NCBI GenBank assembly: GCA_028288925.1
Contig: JAQGHG010000026.1
Coordinates: 22,013 to 86,012, forward strand
DNA from: Patescibacteria group bacterium
GTDB taxonomy: Bacteria > Patescibacteriota > Saccharimonadia > UBA4664
Direction of reading: 5' to 3'
DNA: 64,000 bases
Numbering within the stretch: the stretch's first letter is position 1; every line of letters starts with the position of its first letter. A program made the translations under genes and the position numbers. The notes under the pieces were generated by a model. It did no database searches and was not told the DNA's origin. It saw nothing but the letters and a program-made list of their open reading frames with translations. Positions 19,324 through 28,560 of this stretch are shown here, in pieces.

Positions 19324-20004
19324 TTACGCCTCATCGGGTCCATGGGGAGTGTCAAAGCTAATCATTCCAATCAGTGCGTCTTTTAACTCTAGTTCAGGAA
19401 TAGGTTTCTGAGCGTACGTATAGGTACGCTTTTCCTTGAAGTTTTCCCAGCCAGCATCCTTGTCTGCTTGCGTGATCGGTGTAAGCTTACTGCCATCATA
19501 AATAAGTAAAACGCCTGGATTCGCATGTTGGGGATTTGCCATGAAGCCTTCAACGGCATCAACTCCTACATGCACCCATGAGCTCTTGTCGGTTGGCGAG
19601 TTGCCTCCATGTGTGTACGCACTCTCCATGAGCTCGGCGACACTTACATCCGGAGTCGCCGAGACCCACCGAAACTGTAGGTCCAGGCCATTTAGCTCTC
19701 TGCCTTTCTGTCGTTGATCATCTGTCATGCCAGTTAACTTATTAATTATGCTTCTTTCAGATTCCGAAAGAGTTCTCCCCCTTCTTTCATGATGTCGAGC
19801 GAGCCCTTCGACATCGCGGACCATATGTGTGAGGGAGAACTTATCCATAACACCTGTAAACGCGGCCCTGTCTTCTTGAGTAAGCTCAAGTACAAAAGGT
19901 GGCGGGGCCGATTCATTTCGCTCTGGCTTGATGGCCAAAAGTTCCGCAGCTAATCCTTCGCCAGACTTACCATCGGTACCATGCTCTTGGAGTTCTCCCA
20001 TCAC
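19324..20004 (-). CDS. Hypothetical protein (AT-richer island)
   Basis: 226 aa ORF, no motif. Lower GC than neighbours. Confidence 0.35.
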   Translation of the reverse strand: MMGELQEHGTDGKSGEGLAAELLAIKPERNESAPPPFVLELTQEDRAAFTGVMDKFSLTHMVRDVEGLARHHERRGRTLSESERSIINKLTGMTDDQRQKGRELNGLDLQFRWVSATPDVSVAELMESAYTHGGNSPTDKSSWVHVGVDAVEGFMANPQHANPGVLLIYDGSKLTPITQADKDAGWENFKEKRTYTYAQKPIPELELKDALIGMISFDTPHGPDEA

Positions 20005-20177
20005 AAAATCCTAATATATGAGATACTATAAAGCTTTAAACTGCTTATTGAAATAAAATCGCCACTAGACCTTCTAGATATGCTACGAGAAGGAGAGATA
20101 TACGCTACCCTAAACCCAATTGACCTACAGGAATTTAAAGTACTATAAATACTATAGTAAATAACGCAAGAGAAACC

Positions 20178-20786
20178 ATGAACATACTCATACTCGGGGC
20201 CACCGGATCAACCGGCAAAGAACTATTAAGCCAGGCCCTGGAGTCAGGGCACAAGGTTACCGCGCTTGTCCGCACGCCGGCTAAGCTTACTATTGATAAT
20301 GCGAACTTGCGTGTCCTCCAAGGAGACGCGACCGACGTAGCGGCCCTAACCGACGCGATGGCGCATAACGAGGTACTCCTAAGCGCGCTCGGCGCCGCCA
20401 AGGGGTCGCTCATTGCCGACTCTACCAAGGCTATCATTGCCGCGGCCAAAGCCACTGGCTTAAAACGGGTTGTTATGATGTCGTCCTTCGCCGTTAACAG
20501 AGCCCAATTAAAAGGTGCCGCGAAACTTCTCACGGGCATGATGAAAGGCCTTGTGGCCGATAAAGCGAACGGGGAAGCCTTACTAAAAAACAGCGGGCTC
20601 GACTGGACAATTGTTTACGCCACTATCCTCACGGGCGACGCGAAGGGCGCCGGCGCCCGCGTAGTGCCTTCAGGCGAAAAGCTCAGCCTAAGCAATAAGA
20701 TTGCCCGCGCCGATGTCGCGGCTTGGATGCTGGGTGAGATCAGGAATAATTCATATGTCAAAAAAGATGTCACCATTTCCCGGTAG
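20178..20786 (+). CDS. NAD(P)H-binding NmrA/atypical-SDR-like protein
   Basis: N-terminal Rossmann motif ILILGATGSTG. Confidence 0.65.
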   Translation: MNILILGATGSTGKELLSQALESGHKVTALVRTPAKLTIDNANLRVLQGDATDVAALTDAMAHNEVLLSALGAAKGSLIADSTKAIIAAAKATGLKRVVMMSSFAVNRAQLKGAAKLLTGMMKGLVADKANGEALLKNSGLDWTIVYATILTGDAKGAGARVVPSGEKLSLSNKIARADVAAWMLGEIRNNSYVKKDVTISR

Positions 20787-20845
20787 CCAAAAGAGCAGTC
20801 TGACTCCGCTTGGGGTCACGCGTGCCGCCGGTTAATGCCGGGCCG

Positions 20846-21583
20846 TTAAGGCCGCTCAAAGCGGCGAAAACCCTCGGTCAGCACTACTTGGCCACTCTTG
20901 TGAACCATCATGGCCTCGCATCCTTGGCTATGTAAAAACGCCAGGCCTGGCCGCCCCATACAAAACGCCGCTGTAGCCAGCGCGTCGACACGGTCGATCG
21001 TCGCGCCAACTACCGTCAGGCTCACCGGGTCGCCGACCATCCGGCCGGTGCGGGGATTATAAATATGCTCGCCCCGCTCGGCGGTCCCCGAAGTAGCCAC
21101 CGCGGCGTTCTTGAGATAGAGCAGCTTGGCCAGCTTACCCGGCTCGAACGGATTCGCGACCCCAATCGCCCAAGGGCCTCCGTCGGGGCCGTCACCGCTC
21201 ATCTGCATATCGCCGCCCGCGTTGATGCAGTAGCGCGTGATATACCGGCGGTCGAGCAGCCGTGCCGCCTGGTAGACCGCCCAGCCCTTCACGTATCCTG
21301 AAGGGTCGGTGTGGCCGTCCCATACCATATCGAAGCAACCATCCGTCAGCTTCTTTAAGCTCTCGCATTCATCCAAAACCTCCCGGACCTCTTCGCGGAC
21401 CTGGGATCGTTTGAGCTCGCCCCGGTTGAAACGGCTTATTTCGCTGTTCGGCTTGTAAGTGCTAAAGACCGCATCAACGTGGTGAAAATACGCGAAAACC
21501 TCATCAATAGCCTCGTCCAAAGCATTGGCGCCAAATGCCTCAACGGTGATTGGCATACCCATAATAATCCGCGTAGCTTTCAT
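20846..21583 (-). CDS. apbE: FAD:protein FMN transferase (ApbE family), copy 1
   Basis: N-terminal MKATRIIMGMPITVEA, ApbE-like core (DPSGYVKGWA, ATSGTAERG). ORF-track start at 21637 is probably too long. Confidence 0.75.
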   Translation of the reverse strand: MKATRIIMGMPITVEAFGANALDEAIDEVFAYFHHVDAVFSTYKPNSEISRFNRGELKRSQVREEVREVLDECESLKKLTDGCFDMVWDGHTDPSGYVKGWAVYQAARLLDRRYITRYCINAGGDMQMSGDGPDGGPWAIGVANPFEPGKLAKLLYLKNAAVATSGTAERGEHIYNPRTGRMVGDPVSLTVVGATIDRVDALATAAFCMGRPGLAFLHSQGCEAMMVHKSGQVVLTEGFRRFERP

Positions 21584-21607
21584 AACCCTATATTGTACAA
21601 TAATCAT

Positions 21608-23182
21608 ATGCAAGAAACGCCCCTGGAAGTAGCACAAAGGCTCCTCGCGGAAGGAAGAACCACCGATGAGATTAGAGTCGCACTCGGCGGCTCTGCCCCA
21701 ATCGCACCTCCGGCGCCAGAAACAGCTGCTCCGCCACCTCCTCCACCGGCCTCGGTTTCGTCGTCCCCGGCCATGTCCGCGCCAGCTCCTACTCCTGCTA
21801 CGCCACTGCCTCCTCCTCCTCCCGTGCCCGTGGCCTACCCTCAGCTTTTGAGCGCCAGGAGGCCAATACTGGCGATTCCGAAGCTTGGGTGGCCACTTAT
21901 TGCCATTATCTGCCTCATCCCATCCCTCGTTCTGTGCGTCGATGTGCCAATAGCCAACCGGTTTGGCGATATTCCGAGCGCGCTCTTGACCTTCGGAGAC
22001 ATCACAGGCGTAATCGGGCTGGCTACGTATGTCCTAAATCTCGTACTGGCGACCCGCCTACGCTGGCTGGAAGACTTGTTCGGTGGCCTCAACCGGGTGT
22101 TCGTAGCCCACCAGATCCTTGGAGGGTTGTCGCTCGTTACGCTGCTCATCCACCCCATGTTCTCGGCGGCTTCATACTACCCTTACGGCATCCGGGTGAT
22201 GTCGCATTTCTTCATTCCTCAGGTCGCCTATATAGGAACGGCCTTCGGCATAGTGGCGCTCACTATGATCATAGTGCTGCTCGTGCTTAGCTTCTACGTT
22301 AAGATCGGGTATAAGGTTTGGCTGCAAACGCACAAATACCTTGGTCTGGCCTACCTTCTGATAGGTTTGCATATACTTCTCACGCCCAACCGTATCACCG
22401 CCGACCCTTTCATAACCGGGTATCTCTGGGTCCTATTTCTAGCTGGCTTGGTCTCGTTTATATACCGGACACTACTGCCCAACATCTTCGTACGGAGCTA
22501 CCTGTACACCATTTCTTTGGCCGAGCGAAAAGGCGTTGGGGCGGTTGAAGTTACGCTAATTCCCGTCGACAAAATGATCCGCTTCAAAGCTGGCCAATTC
22601 ATCTTTATTGCCTTTGGCAGCGACGGCATATCGAGCGAATGGCATCCTTTCAGTATCTCTTCGGCCGAAACTTCTGGAAGGCTCATGATTGATGTGAAGT
22701 CGATGGGCGGATACACGGAGACTCTCACGCGTCTGCTTCCTCACATGATTGGTATGACAGCTCGCGTGGAGGGGGCTTATGGAAGGTTCTCGTATCGCAA
22801 CTTCGGCAACCTTAACCAGGTCTGGATAGCCGGCGGGATCGGAATCACGCCATTCTTGAGCATGGCTCAGACTCTCGGCACCGGGCCGTATAATGTCGAT
22901 CTCTACTATTCGGTAAAAACCAAGAGCGAGCTGATCGACCTCGATACGCTGGCGGTGCACCAATCGAACAACCCGGGACAGGTCTTCCGCGTGTTTCCCT
23001 TCGTGACGGACGCCTACAATACGTTCCTAAATGCTGAGATCATCGCGAGCAATAGCGGAGACCTCACTAAGCGCGATTTCCTCTTGTGCGGCCCACCGCC
23101 CATGATGCAATCAATAAAGAAACAGCTCATGACGATGGGTGTTAAAGCGAGTCAGATTCACACCGAAGAATTCTCACTCTAA
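21608..23182 (+). CDS. Ferric-reductase/NOX-type membrane flavocytochrome (FRD TM domain + FAD-binding + NAD(P)H-binding), Pro-rich N-terminus
   Basis: TM His pairs (AHQILGG, LIHPMF, THKYLG, GLHILL), HPFS FAD motif, GGIGITPF NAD(P)H motif. ORF-track start at 21479 would overlap ApbE. Met at 21608 preferred. Confidence 0.7.
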   Translation: MQETPLEVAQRLLAEGRTTDEIRVALGGSAPIAPPAPETAAPPPPPPASVSSSPAMSAPAPTPATPLPPPPPVPVAYPQLLSARRPILAIPKLGWPLIAIICLIPSLVLCVDVPIANRFGDIPSALLTFGDITGVIGLATYVLNLVLATRLRWLEDLFGGLNRVFVAHQILGGLSLVTLLIHPMFSAASYYPYGIRVMSHFFIPQVAYIGTAFGIVALTMIIVLLVLSFYVKIGYKVWLQTHKYLGLAYLLIGLHILLTPNRITADPFITGYLWVLFLAGLVSFIYRTLLPNIFVRSYLYTISLAERKGVGAVEVTLIPVDKMIRFKAGQFIFIAFGSDGISSEWHPFSISSAETSGRLMIDVKSMGGYTETLTRLLPHMIGMTARVEGAYGRFSYRNFGNLNQVWIAGGIGITPFLSMAQTLGTGPYNVDLYYSVKTKSELIDLDTLAVHQSNNPGQVFRVFPFVTDAYNTFLNAEIIASNSGDLTKRDFLLCGPPPMMQSIKKQLMTMGVKASQIHTEEFSL

Positions 23183-23217
23183 TCTGGTTCAAAAACGCGG
23201 TAGAGACCGTTTCGTTT

Positions 23218-23895
23218 TTATAGGATTCCTCCCGGAACTAAGAAATTTAAAATCGCGTACATCATTAAGAACAATACCAACCCCGTAATAGCATTCACGA
23301 TCCGGTTTTTAGCCGACTTAATAGCTGCTGGATCACCTATCGAAGTAATATATTGAATCCCCGCTACCACTAGCATAAGCATAATGACTCCACCTACAGC
23401 GCCGGCCAATAGCGTCAGAACCATTTTCAAATAAGCAACGATCGCTCCACCCGATCCAGGGGTATTATCTACGCAGCCCTTGCCCGCTTGGATTGGTAGC
23501 GCAATCTTTATAGTGCCCGTCGGGCATGTACTCGCGGCGGGCTTGGTAGGGTCTCCAATAACGACAGGAGCGGGCTTAGCCGCCGGTGCCGGCGCCGGCA
23601 CGGGTGCCGGCTTAGGCGCTGGAACCGGCTTGGGCTTGGGTTTGGGGGGCGGAGGTTTGGCCGTGCTTGCACTCACAATATCTACCGGACCAGCAACCAC
23701 TCCGATTGCTTCATACAGCAATTCACCGGCCAGTCCGCGCGCTGCATGGATGATGCCGGACCCATTATAAACCGCCGACGTCGTGATATTAGCTGGACGA
23801 GCAGACAGTTCATACCCCAGGGACAAGTAGCGTACCAACTCAAGTAACCCAATAATGGCCAAAGCCGTAGCGGTATTATGGGCAGCTTTCTTCAT
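23218..23895 (-). CDS. Small membrane protein with PKPKPxPAP linker and TrbC/VirB2-pilin-like C-terminal two-helix core
   Basis: N-terminal signal/TM, Pro/Lys/Ala repeat linker, C-terminal pair of hydrophobic helices as in T4SS pilins. Confidence 0.35.
   Translation of the reverse strand: MKKAAHNTATALAIIGLLELVRYLSLGYELSARPANITTSAVYNGSGIIHAARGLAGELLYEAIGVVAGPVDIVSASTAKPPPPKPKPKPVPAPKPAPVPAPAPAAKPAPVVIGDPTKPAASTCPTGTIKIALPIQAGKGCVDNTPGSGGAIVAYLKMVLTLLAGAVGGVIMLMLVVAGIQYITSIGDPAAIKSAKNRIVNAITGLVLFLMMYAILNFLVPGGIL
23560..23650. repeat. Coding low-complexity repeat (GGCGCCGG/GGCTTGGG units) encoding PKPKPKPVPAPKPAPVPAP linker
   Basis: Read directly. Confidence 0.5.
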
Positions 23896-23982
23896 ATAAT
23901 GCCAATGATATCACGCTTACGCTATAGACGGCGATAGCGGGGTATTACTATTGCAGACTAGCCGGCCATGCTACGCTTGTAG

Positions 23983-24738
23983 ATGAGGATGATACACGAC
24001 ACTAGATCCATAATGGGGATGCCCATTACTATTACTCTTGCATCCGGGGGCGACGCCAAGCTGCTAGATGAAGCTTTTGCCATCTTTACTGCCGTTGACC
24101 TGCGTTTTAGCACCTACAAACCCGACAGCGAGATCAGCCAGATTAATGCCGGCCGGCTTAAACCCCGGGGCTATAGTTCGCAGATGCGGGAAGTTCTGGC
24201 TAAATGCGCCGCTGCCAAGCAGGCTACCCATGGCTATTTCGACATCGAACACAACGGGCGCCTGGATCCCTCCGGTCTTGTCAAAGGCTGGTCGATTCAA
24301 AAAGTCGCCGACTTCTTAACCAGCCAGCACATACGCGACTTCTACGTAGACGCCGGTGGCGATATTGTAGCCGCGGGTCACAACTCCCAAGATGAACCTT
24401 GGTCCGTTGGGATCCGTCATCCCGAGCACCGGGACAAGAACGTAAAAATCCTATATCTTTCCGATCTCGCCGTCGCCACCTCGGGGACGTCCGAGCGCGG
24501 CGAACATATCTATAACCCACACTCACCTGATACACCCACCGGGCTCTTAAGCCTCACTGTTGTCGGCCCCACCATCGAAACAGCCGATGTGCTCGCCACC
24601 ACCGCTTTTGCCATGGGGGCAAAAACCGGTCTGAACTTTATCTCAGCTCAACCAGGCTATGAAGCCTTTGCCATTACAGGCAGCCTGTCCGCGATCTCTA
24701 CGAATGGCTTCGCTCGTTACCAGAGTAAGCCGGTTTGA
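23983..24738 (+). CDS. apbE: FAD:protein FMN transferase (ApbE family), copy 2
   Basis: IMGMPITI start, DPSGLVKGWS, ATSGTSERGEHIYNP. Paralog of 20846-21583. Confidence 0.75.
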   Translation: MRMIHDTRSIMGMPITITLASGGDAKLLDEAFAIFTAVDLRFSTYKPDSEISQINAGRLKPRGYSSQMREVLAKCAAAKQATHGYFDIEHNGRLDPSGLVKGWSIQKVADFLTSQHIRDFYVDAGGDIVAAGHNSQDEPWSVGIRHPEHRDKNVKILYLSDLAVATSGTSERGEHIYNPHSPDTPTGLLSLTVVGPTIETADVLATTAFAMGAKTGLNFISAQPGYEAFAITGSLSAISTNGFARYQSKPV

Positions 24739-25844
24739 ATTCCAAATACCCGCAATGGGTCAGTATTTAGTGTCGAGAAGTCCTCGCTAACATCATTTAG
24801 GCAGATCAGCTGCAAAAATGCGTCGAGAGTATCGCAAAAACCCGTCGCATGGCCCATGTCATGATAAAAGGTTACTAAATTCCTGACCGCCCCAGCCACG
24901 CAGTTCTCCCGCGCTTCCTGGGTAGGGCCGGTAGCGCAATCCGACGTAGCGCCCGCTGTGTCGTCCGAGTTCGTGCCTACCATCGCGTACCCCATGCTCT
25001 GATAACATGGCAACTGGTACTGCGACTCCAGGTTCGCACATTCGCGAAAGACCAAGTCGGCATCATCGTGGGCCAGACGCAAAGCATGGCCCGCCTGCAT
25101 TAAATAACACTGATACCGATAAACCTCACCGACTATGCCACACGGGTACATGGGATCATCAGCCTTTAAATACGCGGTGTCGTGATCGGTATCCATCTCG
25201 TTCATCTGGTTCTGCATGTAGACGCCGCTATAACACCACTCCTGCTCCCATGTGTTACCAGCCAGATCGCACAATCTAAGTGAAGCAAAGATATCGCCCT
25301 GCTTCACATCCATGATGCCGTGCCCCAAACCGTGCAGACAATTGTGGTGACTTAGCGAATAAGGTGCTTTGTTACGCACGCTCGTGCATACCAGAGGGAT
25401 TGCAGTCTCCAGATTGGCTGGCCCCAAACGTAACATGATCGATTCCATCACCCCGTGGTAATAGCCTGAGGAACAAAAATTATTACCCTTGGCGTAGGCA
25501 TCATCGATGTCCTTAGCATTATCGGCCGCGGTCCGCCCAATCGCGTGCATGATCTCGTGGCAGTTATCCCTGACCTGCCGGTCAAGCACATAAGCTGCTT
25601 CTACTCCAACAACGGCCGCCTTCACCCCTTTTGCGAGGGCCAATTCCTGGTAACGCTGCTCTAAACAAAACATATTCTCCGGGTCGTTGTCGCAGACGTA
25701 TTTGTTTGCAATTTCTAAACGAGCTGGCGGCAGGGTTAGTACCTGCGTTCGCACCGTAGCGGGGTGGGAAGCCAGGGACAATGCGGCACCTCCCATAAGT
25801 GCCATTACCGGAAGCACAAACCGCTTTAATTGCTCCAAGTTCAT
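24717..25844 (-). CDS. Secreted Cys/His-rich protein with HExxH (HEIMH) zincin-like motif
   Basis: N-terminal signal-like segment, about 20 Cys, HEIMHAIG, His-rich HHNCLHGLGHG. Confidence 0.4.
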   Translation of the reverse strand: MNLEQLKRFVLPVMALMGGAALSLASHPATVRTQVLTLPPARLEIANKYVCDNDPENMFCLEQRYQELALAKGVKAAVVGVEAAYVLDRQVRDNCHEIMHAIGRTAADNAKDIDDAYAKGNNFCSSGYYHGVMESIMLRLGPANLETAIPLVCTSVRNKAPYSLSHHNCLHGLGHGIMDVKQGDIFASLRLCDLAGNTWEQEWCYSGVYMQNQMNEMDTDHDTAYLKADDPMYPCGIVGEVYRYQCYLMQAGHALRLAHDDADLVFRECANLESQYQLPCYQSMGYAMVGTNSDDTAGATSDCATGPTQEARENCVAGAVRNLVTFYHDMGHATGFCDTLDAFLQLICLNDVSEDFSTLNTDPLRVFGIQTGLLW

Positions 25845-26896
25845 AACGCCGGGGGAGGTGCCAGCCGGTCGTACCTCAGGCTTGCCACAGGCTCAACCGG
25901 CAACATCACATTGCTGTAATTAACGTATCGCACCGTTACTGTTCCCCCGCCATCCTCATATTCTACCTTCGCTAAATGTTTGGTATCACGCTCGATATAA
26001 ACCTTGTTTTTGCCGTAATATCCAAAGCTGTCGAGAGCAAGTGAAATATCAGACTGGCTCAAGCCCATCAGAGCTGCCACTTTCAGATTGTAGGCCTGTA
26101 AATTGGCCGTATTGTAAGTTACCTCATACGCCAGCACAGGGTGGCCATCAAGAGTCTCGGTTGTAACTTTCTTAGGATCAAATTGGTACACTGGGGTCTT
26201 CTCCAGGAAGCTCATCAAATCCGCTCGCTGTGCTACTGAGAAATTCCCAAAAATGTAGGCGCCAAACAGTAAGTATCTCGGGTCAGTCATCTGCGACACT
26301 AATGTATTTGTTTCCACCGGCAGTACCCCGCCGCGCCGGACTTGTATCCACGCACCTAGATCAGCCCGCGGCAACAAGCTGTCGCTAGCCGAACGGTATT
26401 TGATGTAAGAGTTTTGCAGGCTTCCATAGGTACTGACTATGCTATCTCCATCCTGGCTTGTACGCTGGGCATCCGAAACGCTAACGCGAGGGTCACCCAG
26501 CCGGGTGACATCACTCAAGATAGTATGATTGCTCCCCGTGCTCTCCACTCTATGCTCGATTTTACCCGTCGCCAAAGCCAGCGATAGCGCATCACGAAAC
26601 ACTGTGCTCGCGTCCGCTACAGCCGATGGCGTCGGCGAAGCCGTGGCGCGATTGTTGGCATGGTTTTGTCCGAGCCAAACCCATGCTACTAGTCCGCCCA
26701 ATACCAGTAGCACGGCTAATACCAGCACAGCGACCAATGGTGCCTTTGAGCGTCGCGGAGCGGGATAAGGTGAAGGTGTGCCATACGTCGAAGCTGGATA
26801 CGGAGTAGGTACCGGCTCGCTAACCGATGGGGGAGGGGAGTTTGGATCGTTATACATGCTTAGCATCATAATAGCGCTTATGGTCCCATTGCTCAA
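25841..26896 (-). CDS. Single-pass membrane-anchored protein (Pro-rich cytoplasmic N-term, large extracytoplasmic domain)
   Basis: PPPSVSEPVPTPYP... then TM LVAVLVLAVLLVLGGLVAWVW. Confidence 0.4.
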   Translation of the reverse strand: MSNGTISAIMMLSMYNDPNSPPPSVSEPVPTPYPASTYGTPSPYPAPRRSKAPLVAVLVLAVLLVLGGLVAWVWLGQNHANNRATASPTPSAVADASTVFRDALSLALATGKIEHRVESTGSNHTILSDVTRLGDPRVSVSDAQRTSQDGDSIVSTYGSLQNSYIKYRSASDSLLPRADLGAWIQVRRGGVLPVETNTLVSQMTDPRYLLFGAYIFGNFSVAQRADLMSFLEKTPVYQFDPKKVTTETLDGHPVLAYEVTYNTANLQAYNLKVAALMGLSQSDISLALDSFGYYGKNKVYIERDTKHLAKVEYEDGGGTVTVRYVNYSNVMLPVEPVASLRYDRLAPPPAL

Positions 26897-26949
26897 AATC
26901 TGATTCTCTCAAACCAAGAGGGCCGTATTAACACCGGCGGTAGCGTAGG

Positions 26950-28071
26950 CTAAAGCACCAATCCGGATATGAGAATGCCTATGAGGCCGATGAAGAAAAG
27001 CACCAATGTGACACCTACAAGGGTTTTAACCGGTTTGGCATGCCCGACGCCAAGCAATTTCCGGATTCTCTGCCGCAGCAACAACATAACTAAAGCACAA
27101 GCCCCAATAAGACTACCGAAAGCCGCTAGCACCAGCAGCGGAGCGGGTTCAGACGAAGCCGCCAGTACGAGCCTCTGGCCGCCGGTAGCGCCCGTTACGT
27201 CCACAGCGTAGTCTTTTACAGTACCCTGGTAGGAGATACGCACCGCCTGTCGTCCAAGGGGTATTGAGGTAAAACTCGCGTCGCCATTCGAATCGGACTG
27301 GCGCGATTGCCCGGCCAGGGTTACGCCCGCGCTTACCAGGCTAAAGCCATCTTTGTCGGTCACATGCACTACCACGGCACCGTTTGCGGGCTGGGCCGAA
27401 GCGTCACTTGGACCAGTCACTTGCGCGATATCGCCGCTCTGCGGGCCGGTGCTCGGTGAGGGGCTGGCACTCGCGTCCGGAGTGCCCGAAGGCGAAGGGG
27501 TCGCGGATTGTCCGGTACCGGCCACGCCAGATCCTGACTTCGGTACCGGAGTTGATGTGTGCCCGGGAGCAGGTACCGGAGTAGCGGTATGCCCGGGCGC
27601 GGGCACTGGGGTGGGAGCCGGTGTATGAACAGGCTGAGGTGTTGGGGCGGGGGTATGAACGGGCACGGGTGTGGGCACGGGGGTCGGTACCGGCGTCGGT
27701 TTAGGCGTCGGCACCGGTGTGGGCTTGGGCGTTGGTGCCGGGGTGGGCGTCGGTGTGGCGCAGGGCGTCGCGCTGGTGCAGGCATTGGCATGTGAACTCT
27801 CGAAGGCGCCTAATGTCTCATTGATGAGCACCGTAACGGCGCTGTCAAAACCCGTAGTCGGTACGCCGCCCGGGTTTCGGATACCCTGGGATTGCTGAGG
27901 CTGCTTCACATCCTGTTGTCGCGCGAGCAGCTCGTAGATTATGGGCACACTACAAGCTGCTATTAGTATAAACGTGCCTCTTATGCGGCGACGCAGCAGC
28001 AACTGCTGCTTCTTCTTTCTCATACCCAGAATAATACCATGCCCACGCCCAAACGCGGTTGATTTGTACAA
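26950..28071 (-). CDS. Cell-surface protein with long PT/PV-rich tandem-repeat linker and Ig/CarboxypepD-reg-like domain
   Basis: TPxP repeats ([15 protein letters not shown]...). C-terminal hydrophobic segment followed by a basic tail (RQRIRK). Confidence 0.5.
   Translation of the reverse strand: MYKSTAFGRGHGIILGMRKKKQQLLLRRRIRGTFILIAACSVPIIYELLARQQDVKQPQQSQGIRNPGGVPTTGFDSAVTVLINETLGAFESSHANACTSATPCATPTPTPAPTPKPTPVPTPKPTPVPTPVPTPVPVHTPAPTPQPVHTPAPTPVPAPGHTATPVPAPGHTSTPVPKSGSGVAGTGQSATPSPSGTPDASASPSPSTGPQSGDIAQVTGPSDASAQPANGAVVVHVTDKDGFSLVSAGVTLAGQSRQSDSNGDASFTSIPLGRQAVRISYQGTVKDYAVDVTGATGGQRLVLAASSEPAPLLVLAAFGSLIGACALVMLLLRQRIRKLLGVGHAKPVKTLVGVTLVLFFIGLIGILISGLVL
27540..27775. repeat. Coding tandem repeat (GGCACCGGTGTGGGC-like units) encoding PT/PV-rich linker
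   Basis: Visible periodicity in DNA and protein ([15 protein letters not shown]...). Confidence 0.6.
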
Positions 28072-28110
28072 GTTCAGCTAGTTTTCAGCTATGATTGATA
28101 ATATTACAAC

Positions 28111-28560
28111 ATGAAAAAGTTAATCTTGGCGGCCTTTGTAGTCGCGACATTCATTATCTACAGCGTCCACCAACACCAGGACGGCTCCGCGGCCGTGGTG
28201 GCGCCGGCGCGTACAAGTACCACTCCGACGCCTGCTTCATCGCCCGCCCCGGGGTCCACGCCTGCGGCGGCCATCGCCTATAAAGACGGCCGGTACACGG
28301 GAGACGCGGCGGATGCCGTATACGGCAATATCCAGGTGGCGGCTACCATCCAAAATGGCAAAATTACCGACGTGGAGTTTCTGCAGTATCCCAACGACCG
28401 CAATACGTCGGTGCGTATCAACACCCAGGCCATGCCGTATCTCAAGCAAGAAGCGATTTCAGTGCAAAGCGGCCACGTCGATATCGTCTCAGGCGCCACC
28501 GATTCGAGCCAGGCTTTCATCCAGTCGCTGAGCTCCGCCCTAGCCAAAGCGCAGTCGTAG
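28111..28560 (+). CDS. FMN-binding-domain (FMN_bind) extracytoplasmic protein, predicted ApbE substrate
   Basis: Signal/anchor MKKLILAAFVVATFIIYSV. Flavinylation motif DIVSGATDS (Thr at nt 28498-28500). Confidence 0.75.
   Translation: MKKLILAAFVVATFIIYSVHQHQDGSAAVVAPARTSTTPTPASSPAPGSTPAAAIAYKDGRYTGDAADAVYGNIQVAATIQNGKITDVEFLQYPNDRNTSVRINTQAMPYLKQEAISVQSGHVDIVSGATDSSQAFIQSLSSALAKAQS

Noticed and set aside
21479-21607. Upstream extension of the ferric-reductase-like gene to the ATG at 21479
   Set aside because: It would overlap about 100 nt of the convergent or divergent apbE coding region and adds a non-hydrophobic, non-conserved peptide. The internal Met at 21608 gives a sensible N-terminus.
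27400-27800. Possible CRISPR-like or VNTR array from the strong short periodicity
   Set aside because: The periodic units are in-frame codon repeats (PTPVP...) inside a long ORF with N-terminal anchor. There is no spacer/repeat architecture.
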